From a virus, in IMG/VR virus record IMGVR_UViG_3300036831_000067, positions 1-64,000 of that record: a stretch of 64,000 bases of DNA; one strand, 5' to 3'. Below are positions 35,554-44,828 of this stretch, in pieces. A program made the position numbers and the translations under genes. Positions within the stretch are counted from its first letter, which is position 1. The number at the start of each line of letters is the position of its first letter. The notes under the pieces were generated by a model. That model was not told where the DNA came from. It made no database searches and saw nothing but the letters and a program-made list of their open reading frames with translations.

Positions 35554-35643
35554 GCCGTGTGTTTATTAAGACAAGGTGACAAGGTGCGTTATCCTATTGG
35601 AGTAAAGCTGGACCCCACCTGGAACACAGAATCGACGGACGCC

Positions 35644-35835
35644 ATGAAGAGCTACCTGGTGACCTTGGTCGACCAGGAAACTGGTGACCTGCAGCGCATT
35701 GTGGTGCAGTCGGACTGCTCGCACAATATGCAGGAGTTCGTGGATGGCCTGGTTGATCTGAAATTGGCTCACCCGATTGTGGTCGACATCGATGAGCAGG
35801 TCGTTCGCCACCTTCCCTTGGTCAATCCGACGTAG
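35644..35835 (+). CDS. Small hypothetical protein
   Basis: MKSYLVTLVDQETGD...; good codon usage. Confidence 0.65.
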   Translation: MKSYLVTLVDQETGDLQRIVVQSDCSHNMQEFVDGLVDLKLAHPIVVDIDEQVVRHLPLVNPT

Positions 35836-35843
35836 GAGAGTGC

Positions 35844-36179
35844 GTGGCACGCAAGGATCTGGGGACGCCCCCCGCCGACTTCGCCGATGACGTCAATCTG
35901 GGTTTCTTGATCTCCACGCTCGCCAGTCAGCGCATCACGTTGACCCCGGCCCGGGACTTCACCATCTCGCTTCCCGATCCTCCGGCGACCGGGGACCTGA
36001 TGGTCCTTTACGAGATCTATCCGTCGGCCGACGTCGTGGTCATGTTGCCCAGTAGTGTGATTTTGACCTCAGGGCTCAGTGACTCCTACGACGTGCAGAC
36101 CGGGAAGGCCTGCTTCGTGGGACTGTCCTACTCCCCGTTGTCGGGGTGGACCCTGCTCGCCGCGACCACTCAGGTCTGA
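35844..36179 (+). CDS. Hypothetical (probably virion) protein
   Basis: AGGAG RBS; beta-rich. Confidence 0.75.
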   Translation: MARKDLGTPPADFADDVNLGFLISTLASQRITLTPARDFTISLPDPPATGDLMVLYEIYPSADVVVMLPSSVILTSGLSDSYDVQTGKACFVGLSYSPLSGWTLLAATTQV

Positions 36180-36180
36180 C

Positions 36181-36708
36181 GTGACAACTCTCGACGAGCT
36201 GGCCTTGAAGTATGGCACCGACAAAGCCTCGGGCTTCCACAACTACTGCCCGATCTATGAGCGCTACTTCGCCGAGCTGCGCCACACCCCGGTGGCACTG
36301 TTAGAGCTGGGGGTTTACCGGGGCGCCAGCCTGCGGATGTGGCGGGAGTACTTCGACAATCCATCGAGCTACTTCTGGGGGGTGGACTACAACACTGGGT
36401 GCTGCGTGGGCCAGGAGGACCGCCTGGAGGTCTTCCGCATCGATCAGGAGGATCCCCGCCTGGCCAACGAGCTGCTGGCCGACTACCCCCTCAACATCGT
36501 CGTCGACGACTGCAGCCACCGGTCCGACCTGACGATCGCGTCCTTCAAAAACCTGTGGCCTCTGGTCGTCGCGGGCGGGTTCTACGTGGTGGAGGACCTG
36601 TGGGTCCAGCCCGAGGCCACCGAGTTCCTGCGCGAGGTCTCCGGGGCCACCATCGAACGCGGCGATGCCAGTGAGATCTGCTTCATCCGGAAGGAAGCCG
36701 ATGGCTAG
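36181..36708 (+). CDS. Class I SAM-dependent methyltransferase (MycE/ElmM-like sugar O-methyltransferase type)
   Basis: YGTDK...HNY...YERYF, LLELGV..GASLRMWREYF, VVDDCSH, GGFYVVED. Confidence 0.85.
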   Translation: MTTLDELALKYGTDKASGFHNYCPIYERYFAELRHTPVALLELGVYRGASLRMWREYFDNPSSYFWGVDYNTGCCVGQEDRLEVFRIDQEDPRLANELLADYPLNIVVDDCSHRSDLTIASFKNLWPLVVAGGFYVVEDLWVQPEATEFLREVSGATIERGDASEICFIRKEADG

Positions 36709-37438
36709 TCAGTACGCCTGGTACAGCCCGCACAAGGTCGAGGTGCCCGACGGCCAGCGGCTCATGCTCGCGCTGCCGCTCTATAAGTCGGTCTCGGTGA
36801 CCTGGCTGCTGAACATGTTCGGCATGGACCAGTCCTCGGTGGTCGGGTCCGTACGCACCAACGGGGTCTATGTCACCAAGGCGATGCAGATCCTGATCGA
36901 GGCCGCGCTGGACCAGAGCGACTGGGACCGGCTGGTCTTTATGGAGCACGACATGATGGTGCCGCAGGACGCCTTCGCGCGCGTGGCCTCCTACACCAAG
37001 CCGGAGTACGACATCGTCGGCTCGGTGTACTTCGAGCACTACCCTCCCCACAAGGCCATCGTGTACGGCGAGAACCATCCGCCCGAGGAGGCGGGCCAGC
37101 CCTGGAAGGCGGTCAACCTCGGTCCCGACGTCGTGGCCAAACTCGTGGAGAGACCGGCCATCTACGAGGTCGCGGCGGTGGGCTTCGGGTTCACTTCGAT
37201 CGCGCGTCATGTCTTCGAGAAATGGGACGAGGCCACTCCGATGTTCTCCCTCGACGAGTGCTCCCACGACCTGTTCTTCTGCCGCAAGGCCAAGGACCAA
37301 GGCTTCGGAATCTACGTGGACTCCGCCATCTGCTGCGAGCACCTCACCGAGATCTCGGTGGGCTTCCTGCACAACCAGCGGGCCCAGGCCGAAGATGCCA
37401 TGGGCCGTAACTGGATCGATTCCCTGACGCTGGACTGA
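36701..37438 (+). CDS. Glycosyltransferase (GT-A / family 2-like)
   Basis: LVFMEHDM (DxD equivalent), DIVGSVYF, VGFGFTSIARHVFEK, HDLFFCRKA..QGF.IYVD..I.CEH. Confidence 0.85.
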   Translation: MASQYAWYSPHKVEVPDGQRLMLALPLYKSVSVTWLLNMFGMDQSSVVGSVRTNGVYVTKAMQILIEAALDQSDWDRLVFMEHDMMVPQDAFARVASYTKPEYDIVGSVYFEHYPPHKAIVYGENHPPEEAGQPWKAVNLGPDVVAKLVERPAIYEVAAVGFGFTSIARHVFEKWDEATPMFSLDECSHDLFFCRKAKDQGFGIYVDSAICCEHLTEISVGFLHNQRAQAEDAMGRNWIDSLTLD

Positions 37439-37442
37439 TTCC

Positions 37443-37475
37443 CTGTATCCGACCTGTCGTCGCGTCCTTAAAGGT
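37443..37475 (+). promoter_or_regulatory. Late-class motif CTGT-N24-AAGGT
   Basis: CTGTAT...TTAAAGGT. Confidence 0.7.
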
Positions 37476-37501
37476 AGAGGGACCTTCGACAGGGAGGATG
37501 C

Positions 37502-37648
37502 ATGACTAATCCAGCCATTCCCGCTGGTTCGGGCCTTCCCAAGGGTGCTCAGCTGATCGGTGGAATCGTGGCCTGGGCCAGCGCATCCGTGCAGCATGCC
37601 GATGGCACCGTCGACTCCGATGAAGAGACCGAAGAGGTGCAGCCGTGA
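37502..37648 (+). CDS. 48-aa protein (not in the ORF track)
   Basis: GGGAGG RBS; MTNPAIPAGSG...EEVQP; GTGA overlap with the next gene. Confidence 0.65.
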   Translation: MTNPAIPAGSGLPKGAQLIGGIVAWASASVQHADGTVDSDEETEEVQP

Positions 37649-38046
37649 CCGTTGGATTACACAGTACGAACGTAGCCGAGCCACTGCTCAACACCTTGCG
37701 CGGCACCTCGACGAGCTATGCCTCCACCTGGATCCAGTTACACACGGGCGACCCCTCGAGCGCCGGAACGGCCGCCGTCAGCGTAGGCAGTACCAACAGA
37801 TACCAGGCAACCTTTGCGGCGGCCACGTCCTCGGGTGCCAGTGCATCGATCGCCCTGTCGGCCTCCCCCACCGCATGGACCAACGGCGGCACCAGCGAGA
37901 CCATCTCCTACATCTCGGTGTGGTCGGCTTCCACGGCGGGCAACCCGCTGTGGACGGCCTCGCTGTCGGTGGCCAAGACCTGGGCGAGCGCGGACACCCT
38001 GACCCTGAACACCTGTGGGCTTTCCCTGACCCCACTGGCCGTTTAA
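37645..38046 (+). CDS. Small virion fibre-associated protein
   Basis: WIQLHTGDPSSAGT...ISVWSASTAGN pattern. Confidence 0.8.
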   Translation: MTVGLHSTNVAEPLLNTLRGTSTSYASTWIQLHTGDPSSAGTAAVSVGSTNRYQATFAAATSSGASASIALSASPTAWTNGGTSETISYISVWSASTAGNPLWTASLSVAKTWASADTLTLNTCGLSLTPLAV

Positions 38047-38061
38047 AGGAAGCTGGAGGAG

Positions 38062-38649
38062 ATGTCCTTCTTCACCGGCACCAACGTCGAACTGCTCTAC
38101 TTCAGCACGGCGACAGGCACCGCCAAGGGCACCTTTACCAGCGAGGTGCAGATCAACGACACGGCAGGGATGGGAGTACAGGCCCATTTGCCGCCGGATT
38201 TCTGGCTGCCGAATCAGACCTCGGTCGGGCGCGGGATTCGTATCGTGGCGCGCGGCATCTTGAGCAGCACTGCCACTCCCACGTACACCTTCACCATTCG
38301 CTCCGGTGCTGCCGGTTCGACCTCGGCGGCAATCTTGCTCGGCTCTGCGGCGCTGACCACCGGCTCCGGGGTGTCCAACCAGATGTGGGAGCTGGAAGGG
38401 GACTGCGTCTTGACCGCGATAGGGGCGGCGGGCACGAACTCCACCGTGCGCGGTATCGGGTCGATCTTCTGCGGTGGTCTGGCCAGCCCGTTCCAGTATC
38501 CGATCTGGGGCGGTGCGGCGTCACCGGGAACCGTTGCCACGGTGGACACCAGCATCATGAATTTCATCAACTTCAATGTGACTTGCAGTGCGTCCAGTGC
38601 CAGCAACACGATCACCCTGCAACAGCTCCAGGTGTACGGCCTGAACTAA
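38062..38649 (+). CDS. Virion structural protein (beta-rich)
   Basis: GGAGGAG RBS; Ser/Thr/Gly rich. Confidence 0.75.
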   Translation: MSFFTGTNVELLYFSTATGTAKGTFTSEVQINDTAGMGVQAHLPPDFWLPNQTSVGRGIRIVARGILSSTATPTYTFTIRSGAAGSTSAAILLGSAALTTGSGVSNQMWELEGDCVLTAIGAAGTNSTVRGIGSIFCGGLASPFQYPIWGGAASPGTVATVDTSIMNFINFNVTCSASSASNTITLQQLQVYGLN

Positions 38650-38677
38650 CACCCTCGCCCGGGTGAGGGGGTAACCG

Positions 38678-41600
38678 ATGGGTGTCACCTACGACTCGGT
38701 TGGCGCTGGCAACGGCCAGCAAGCTGCGACCGTGAGCGAGACGCACACCATTGGCGCGGGCGCCAATGCCCTGGTGCTGGGTGTCACCGCATGGGGGACA
38801 GGCGCTACAGGTAACACGGCCACGGTGGGAACCACCTCCATGACGCTGCTGGGTAACTACACGCCCGACAGCGGCACGATGTATCTTCTGATCTTCGGGT
38901 TGTTGAGCCCACCTACCGGGACGCAGACAATAACCTTCACCAGCGCCACCGGTACCCCGTACGTCAACCTCAATTCTGTTGCCTACGCGGGAGTTTTAAG
39001 TTTCGGAACCGCAGTCAACGCCAGCGGCAGCGGAACGGCGGCGTCGCAAACGGTTTCATCAACCACATCGAATCAGCTTATTTTCCAGATGTTCACCGAT
39101 GACCAAGGGTCAGCCAGCGGTGCACCCACGGGCTACAACCAAACCGCCAGGTGGTCTGGGGATGGCAGCGTCGCGCAACCCACGGTGATCGGTGATGCCC
39201 CCGGTGGGGGAAACATCACGTTCAGTGCCACGATGCCCTTGTCTGCGACCTGGGGCGGCCTTGCGATCCCGCTTAATGGTGCTGCTGGTGGTGGTCGCCC
39301 AATCCTTCGCATCCCCAACCGCAACGTCGGCCCGATGGCTCAGCGTCATGTGTTCCGTAGACCGACTCCGACGGTTTTTTCTTTCGGTCAAAATAACTGG
39401 ATCGCCGATGCATCATTGGCCATCGCCGCGTCGTCGATCGACACGATCAGCCAGGGTCAGGTTCTTGACACGTCGTCTTTGGCGATTACCACAGGGCTCA
39501 CCGACACCGCCACCCGAGCTGCGTTCGCCGACACTTCTCTGCCAGTGACCGCCACTATCACCGACAACATCAATGCTGCCTTCCTGGCTAATGCTTCCCT
39601 ACCGGTCACGGCGAACCTTGCCAGCCTGCTGAACCTGGAGGCCTATATTGCCGGTCTCCTTCCGATCACGGCCGGGTTCACCGAGATACTGAATCTGGCG
39701 GGATTGGCCAACACCTCTTTGGGGATCACGGCCGGGCTCACCGACGTGGCCAGCTACGGCGCTGTCGCCAACACCACCCCACTGGCAATCACGGCGGGCT
39801 TGACGGATGCCGCGCGGTTGGCTGCCAAGGCCAACACCTCACTGGCGATCACCGCCGGGTTCACCGGTCTGGCTAATCAGGTCATCAACTCGGCCGTTAT
39901 CTCTTTGCCGATCACGGCGGCATTGACTGCTACGGACACCCGCAATGCGGTCGTTGGCGCCTCTCTCCCGATCACGGTGGGCAACCTGGCTGGGGCTGTA
40001 CCCACCTACGACAACTCCGCGTCCAGCAGCTATCAGAGTGGCACCGGCAGCGGAACGGCGGTCACCTGGTCACACACCGTCGCAGCCGGGGCCTACGCCA
40101 TCATCGTGGTCTTCGTGCCCTACGCCAGTATGTCGGGGCCGGGCTCCGGCACGACCGCTGTGGTGAAGATGGGCACCGTAACCCTGTCCAGCCTGGGTTC
40201 GGTGTTCATCAACAACGCTGCCGAAGGGTGGGCCTGGGTCTTCGGCGGCTATACCTCGGGAAGTGGCGCCCAAACCGCGTCGGTGAAGCTCACCGAATCT
40301 GGGCAAACCTTCACCGGCTACGGTGCGTCATTCACCTACAACAACGTCAGTAGTGTCGGGATCCTCCAGACAGCCTATGGAGGGTCCGCCACCACACAAT
40401 CGGTGTCGGTCCCCTCGGCCAGTACCAATCTCGTGTGGGGAGCCATCCAGATCGGCACCAGCGGTGCCACTCTCGCGGGATTCAGTGCATTCAGCCTCAA
40501 CCAGCGACAGGAACAGGACTCCAACACGACCTGGGGTGAGTCGTTCATCGCTGGGGATATCGCCGGGAGTTCGAGCGTCTCGGTAAGTGTCAACACCAGC
40601 AGCAGCTTTGACTGGGCGGCTGTGGGCCTCTCGCTGAACGGTCTTGCCGGTCCGACGATTGGCTACTCGGGTGTGGCCAATGTTGCTCTGCCGATCACGG
40701 CGGGGGGACTGGTCAATGTCATCAGCAAGGGTCAGGCATTGGTGGCCCTTTCCTTGGGCCTCACCGCGACCCCAACGGCCGTGGCCAGTTACGGAGCCAC
40801 GGCCAACACCTCGCTTCCGATCACCGCAACACCCTTGGGCTCGGTTCACTGGAATGCGGTAGCCAGTGCTGCCCTGGCACTCACCGCGACTCCGACAAGC
40901 GCCGGGGTCCGTAATGCGGTCGTGGATGCTTTACTGCCGATCACCGCAGGCAATATGACCGGGGCTGTCCCTGCCTATGACAATTCCGCGATCAGCAGCC
41001 TTCAGAACGGTGTGCCTAGTCCCGCATCATTTACTTGGACACAGACCGTTGCCGCCGGGGCCTATGTGATCATTGCTATTTTCGAGCCCTACGGCAGCTC
41101 TTTCCACATGCAGGGGCCCGGCAACACGACCGCTGTGGTGAAGATGGGCACCGTAACCCTGTCCAGTTTGGGCTACGCCTTCCTTGGTGGTACCAGCGAC
41201 AGTAATGGATGGACCTGGGTTTTCGGTGGTTATGTTTCGGGAAGCGGCAGCCAAACCGCCTCGGTGACACTCACCCAATCCTTTTCCAATTTCTACGGAT
41301 ATGCGGCATCGTTCACCTACACCAATGTGTTTAGCGTCGGGACTCTCCAGACGGCCTACGGGACAACTACCCCGGGCTCGATGCCGGTGTCGGTTTCTTC
41401 GGCTGCCAGTGCTCTGGTTTGGGGCGCCGTTAACGTGTCTGCCAATTCGACCGTTAATTTAACGTCCATCACCCTAACCCAACGGCAGGCCGAAGACATG
41501 GGCGTGACTTGGGGCGAGGCTTTCGTCGCCGGGGATATTACTGGTGCTACCACAGTTTCGGTGAGTGCTTACACAGCCAGCAGTGACACCTCCGGCTGGG

Positions 41601-43030
41601 CGGCCGTGGGGCTTTCATTGAACGGCCTGCCCGGACCGGTGGTCCAGTATGCGGGTGTTGTTCAGGGTCTCCTGGCGATCACCGCAGGGTTGGTCGACAC
41701 CCTTAGTCTGGGGCGCGCGATTGCCGCCGCTCTGCCCATCACGGCCACACCGACCGGAACGGCCAGCTATGGCGCCCGTGCCAATGTGGCGCTACCGATC
41801 ACCGTGGGATTGCTGGCCAGTTCTGCCCACCTTTGGATGGCCGATGTCGCCCTCGCGATCACGGCCGGGCTTATCGATACGGCCAGCTACGGTGCTGTTG
41901 CTAATGCCTCTTTGCCGATCACGTCCGCCCAGTCCGGAGCGGGGACTCGGGGAGCGCGGGCGGATATTCTTTTGACGGTCATCGCAACGCTCACCGACGC
42001 CGCGCAACTCGCCGGGCTGATCAATACCTCGCTTCCGGTCACCGCAACACCGATCGACACCGTCAGTCAGGGACAGAACCTTGATGGCCTATTGCCGATC
42101 ACGGCCACCCCGACCGGTGCGGCGCGACTGGCGGCACTTGGTAATGCTTTCCTGCTGGTCACGGCGACCCCGACCCAGACGGGATCGCGTGGCCAGAACC
42201 TAGACGCCGTCCTGGGTTTCACGGCCGCCACAACACAGGTCCTTTCCCGGGGTCAGGGCGTGGACAGCACTCTGACCGTCACCGCGACACCGACCGGGTT
42301 CTTCAGCTGGGGCAGCTTCATGACAGCGCTGTCGGTCATTACCGTGACACCCCAGGGCGCTGGGTCGCGCGGACAAAACATGGACGTTTCCCTGCCGTTG
42401 ACGATCGCGGTGTCCAGCCTGGTGAACTGGGCCGCGAACGCCGACGTCCTGCTTCCCATCACCGTCACCACGGTGTCGGACTCCGATCACGGGACCATCA
42501 TCGATGCCGTCCTGGCGATCACGGCCACTCCCAACCAGGTGCTCAAGCAAGACATGCTTGCCGATGCCTCGCTGGGGATCGTCTCCGGTCAGTCCGGCTT
42601 CGTCTCCAACAGCTCGCTGATCAACTCCCTGCTGAACGTCACGGCCGATTTCTCGGTGACCGCCACCGAGGTCAACGTCATCCTCATCGACGTGCAACTG
42701 CCGATCATGGCCACCCCGGACACCGCTGTCGCCTATGCGGGGACCCTGGACACCAACCTGACGGTGACCACCACCCCGGTCAACGTGCTCAACCTCGTCG
42801 GGCTCTTCGACGTTCTGCTGAACGCGACCATCGCCTCGGCGCAGGCCACCGGTCAGGGGCAGAATCTCGATACCTCGCTGGATGTCACCGCCGTGCCCGA
42901 GGTGGACGTCGGCCACAACGCCACCGCCGACGCGGTGCTGGCCGTCATCCTGGAGACCGTCGCGCAGCTCTCCGTGTCGACCGGGGGCGGCAACTTCCTG
43001 ATGTTTTTCCGCAATGCGATGGGTCAGTAG
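38678..43030 (+). CDS. Long fibre/adhesin-like protein (1450 aa) with ~22-aa repeats and three related beta domains
   Basis: Periodic L(P/A)ITA motifs; duplicated ~225-aa domain; C-terminal NFLMFF. Confidence 0.85.
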   Translation: MGVTYDSVGAGNGQQAATVSETHTIGAGANALVLGVTAWGTGATGNTATVGTTSMTLLGNYTPDSGTMYLLIFGLLSPPTGTQTITFTSATGTPYVNLNSVAYAGVLSFGTAVNASGSGTAASQTVSSTTSNQLIFQMFTDDQGSASGAPTGYNQTARWSGDGSVAQPTVIGDAPGGGNITFSATMPLSATWGGLAIPLNGAAGGGRPILRIPNRNVGPMAQRHVFRRPTPTVFSFGQNNWIADASLAIAASSIDTISQGQVLDTSSLAITTGLTDTATRAAFADTSLPVTATITDNINAAFLANASLPVTANLASLLNLEAYIAGLLPITAGFTEILNLAGLANTSLGITAGLTDVASYGAVANTTPLAITAGLTDAARLAAKANTSLAITAGFTGLANQVINSAVISLPITAALTATDTRNAVVGASLPITVGNLAGAVPTYDNSASSSYQSGTGSGTAVTWSHTVAAGAYAIIVVFVPYASMSGPGSGTTAVVKMGTVTLSSLGSVFINNAAEGWAWVFGGYTSGSGAQTASVKLTESGQTFTGYGASFTYNNVSSVGILQTAYGGSATTQSVSVPSASTNLVWGAIQIGTSGATLAGFSAFSLNQRQEQDSNTTWGESFIAGDIAGSSSVSVSVNTSSSFDWAAVGLSLNGLAGPTIGYSGVANVALPITAGGLVNVISKGQALVALSLGLTATPTAVASYGATANTSLPITATPLGSVHWNAVASAALALTATPTSAGVRNAVVDALLPITAGNMTGAVPAYDNSAISSLQNGVPSPASFTWTQTVAAGAYVIIAIFEPYGSSFHMQGPGNTTAVVKMGTVTLSSLGYAFLGGTSDSNGWTWVFGGYVSGSGSQTASVTLTQSFSNFYGYAASFTYTNVFSVGTLQTAYGTTTPGSMPVSVSSAASALVWGAVNVSANSTVNLTSITLTQRQAEDMGVTWGEAFVAGDITGATTVSVSAYTASSDTSGWAAVGLSLNGLPGPVVQYAGVVQGLLAITAGLVDTLSLGRAIAAALPITATPTGTASYGARANVALPITVGLLASSAHLWMADVALAITAGLIDTASYGAVANASLPITSAQSGAGTRGARADILLTVIATLTDAAQLAGLINTSLPVTATPIDTVSQGQNLDGLLPITATPTGAARLAALGNAFLLVTATPTQTGSRGQNLDAVLGFTAATTQVLSRGQGVDSTLTVTATPTGFFSWGSFMTALSVITVTPQGAGSRGQNMDVSLPLTIAVSSLVNWAANADVLLPITVTTVSDSDHGTIIDAVLAITATPNQVLKQDMLADASLGIVSGQSGFVSNSSLINSLLNVTADFSVTATEVNVILIDVQLPIMATPDTAVAYAGTLDTNLTVTTTPVNVLNLVGLFDVLLNATIASAQATGQGQNLDTSLDVTAVPEVDVGHNATADAVLAVILETVAQLSVSTGGGNFLMFFRNAMGQ

Positions 43031-43033
43031 ATC

Positions 43034-43066
43034 CTGTGATGCCAGAGATTTGGGCACCTAAAGGGT
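43034..43066 (+). promoter_or_regulatory. Late-class motif CTGT-N23-AAGGG
   Basis: CTGTGA...CTAAAGGGT. Confidence 0.75.
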
Positions 43067-43077
43067 AGGAGGTTGCC

Positions 43078-43860
43078 GTGAACCGGGAAGTGGACCCTGG
43101 CGGCACATCCTCCCCTACTCGAGAGGATTCCCCGATGAGTGCACCGACCACGCCCAAGAAGGACGCCGCCGAGGCCCGGATCGCCGAACTGGAGCGCCAG
43201 CTCGAAGAGGCCAAGGCCCGGGTCGCCGACGCCGAGGCGAAGGCCCCCATCCCGGTCACGGTGTCCACCGTGGACCAGGACGAGGAGGTCCTAGACAAGG
43301 AGCCCGCCCCGACCACGGTCAACCTGCAGCAGTTGCGCAAGTACGAGGGGACCCTCTACATCAAGAACAACGACCCGCAGCGCGCGTTCAGCTGTCACCA
43401 GGCGATCGGTCAGCACCGGGTGGACTTCGACCTGGAACCGGCCGGGTGCTCGGAGTCGGTGACCATCATGCCCAAGCTCGCGCTGGAGGTCCGTGGACTG
43501 CTGCGGGCGTGGCTGCGCGGATCGATCACCATCTCCACCGACGAGAAGCTCGAAGACGAGATGACGCTGCTGATGAACAAGCACGTGCGGGCGTCTCAGG
43601 CCCGGGTGGACTCGTTCATGACGCAACTGACCCCGAGCGCGACTGAGAAGGACCTGGTGGAGAAGGCGTGCCTGCAGTGTGGCAAGCGCAATCAGTTCGG
43701 CGCCATCGAGGGCGGCCGGGTCTTCCAGACCCTGAAGATGATCAAAGAGGGTATCCCCCCGCTGTGCGACCTGCACACGCATCTGGCTCACCTGTTCCCA
43801 GGAACCCAGATCACCACCGAGAATGGCCAGGAGTGGATGTTCAACTCCCCGGGACGATGA
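43078..43860 (+). CDS. Hypothetical protein with Zn ribbon (alternative start 43135)
   Basis: CLQC...PPLCDLH. Confidence 0.8.
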   Translation: MNREVDPGGTSSPTREDSPMSAPTTPKKDAAEARIAELERQLEEAKARVADAEAKAPIPVTVSTVDQDEEVLDKEPAPTTVNLQQLRKYEGTLYIKNNDPQRAFSCHQAIGQHRVDFDLEPAGCSESVTIMPKLALEVRGLLRAWLRGSITISTDEKLEDEMTLLMNKHVRASQARVDSFMTQLTPSATEKDLVEKACLQCGKRNQFGAIEGGRVFQTLKMIKEGIPPLCDLHTHLAHLFPGTQITTENGQEWMFNSPGR

Positions 43861-43875
43861 GACAAGGAGACAATC

Positions 43876-44169
43876 ATGACGGGAACACCGGTACCGGGAA
43901 TACTGTTCACCGGCACCTACTTGACGAAGAACTACAACCCCGGGGTCCCGGGTCAGCCCACCGTCTTTGACGCCTTGGCCAATCCCCCCGCGACCGGGGA
44001 AGCCGCTGAGGCCAACGCTGAGGCGGCTACCACGGCTCTTGGGGTGGTGGCCCCACCCGCGCAGGTTCTGGCCCTGCGCACGGCCAACAGGGACTACGTG
44101 AAGGACTTCTACGACGATGCCAGCGTGCTCAATGCGCTGCACACCGACCCGAACATCCTCGCCCCGTAA
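43876..44169 (+). CDS. Small structural/hypothetical protein
   Basis: AAGGAG RBS. Confidence 0.75.
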   Translation: MTGTPVPGILFTGTYLTKNYNPGVPGQPTVFDALANPPATGEAAEANAEAATTALGVVAPPAQVLALRTANRDYVKDFYDDASVLNALHTDPNILAP

Positions 44170-44178
44170 AGGACTGAG

Positions 44179-44334
44179 ATGGCTGATCCCGTGCAGAGCG
44201 GACAGTGGCCGATGCCACTGTCCGAGATTCAGAAGCTGACCACCTCCAACATCGATCCGGTGAAGGACTTCTACGACAGCGTGGGCGTTCCGGGCTCACC
44301 CCAGCTCGGGAACGCACCGACTCCTGGCCAATGA
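44179..44334 (+). CDS. 51-aa protein paralogous to the C-terminus of the preceding gene (not in the ORF track)
   Basis: AAAGGA RBS; shares VKDFYD; ATGA overlap with the next gene. Confidence 0.7.
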   Translation: MADPVQSGQWPMPLSEIQKLTTSNIDPVKDFYDSVGVPGSPQLGNAPTPGQ

Positions 44335-44789
44335 CCGGCGTCGTCTCCGGGATGAAGTACGGCTGGGCATCCCAGGCGCGGCAGTATGCCCCCACGGGTG
44401 AGCCGGGCATCCACCTGGAGCAGCACGACGTTCCCGGCGTGCGGGGCCCTACTGTCGTCGACTGCCTGCTCTACCGTGACGACGATGGTCAGCTGCTGGG
44501 GATCTTCAACCACTACAACGAGAACAACCTGTGGCAGAAGCCCGGCAGCTGCAACCTGTGGGTGCACCCCGACCACCAGCGCAAGGGGATCGCGACCGAC
44601 CTGCTGCGTGAGGCCGATAAGCTCTGGGAACTGGCCGACCAGGAGAACTACACCCCGGAGGGTAATGCCTGGATCGAGGGCCTGGTCAAGAAGGGCAAAA
44701 TCGATCCGACCAGGACGGGCTCCATCGAGGGAGACCCCTCCTCCATCTCGGGTCGTAAGGTGCCGCGCCCCTGTGATCCTGGCGGATAG
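44331..44789 (+). CDS. GNAT-family acetyltransferase-like protein
   Basis: LWVHPDHQRKGIATDLL acetyl-CoA motif; TPEG.AW. Confidence 0.8.
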   Translation: MTGVVSGMKYGWASQARQYAPTGEPGIHLEQHDVPGVRGPTVVDCLLYRDDDGQLLGIFNHYNENNLWQKPGSCNLWVHPDHQRKGIATDLLREADKLWELADQENYTPEGNAWIEGLVKKGKIDPTRTGSIEGDPSSISGRKVPRPCDPGG

Positions 44790-44803
44790 CGATCTTAAAG
44801 GGT
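44771..44803 (+). promoter_or_regulatory. Late-class motif CTGT-N23-AAGGG
   Basis: CTGTGA...TTAAAGGGT. Confidence 0.75.
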
Positions 44804-44828
44804 GAAGCCGAAGCACGGAGGGTAGAGG

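Noticed and set aside
24697-35585. Further degenerate late-motif copies at ~24697 and ~35555
   Set aside because: The upstream box deviates (GTGT, CCGT) or the spacing is off; too weak to call.
39990-41640. Duplicated fibre domain as a DGR template/variable repeat pair
   Set aside because: Both copies are in-frame, differences include indels and non-adenine positions, and no reverse transcriptase is present in the window.
44205-44330. N-terminal extension of the GNAT ORF
   Set aside because: The region is better explained by the 44179-44334 ORF, which has an RBS and paralogy.
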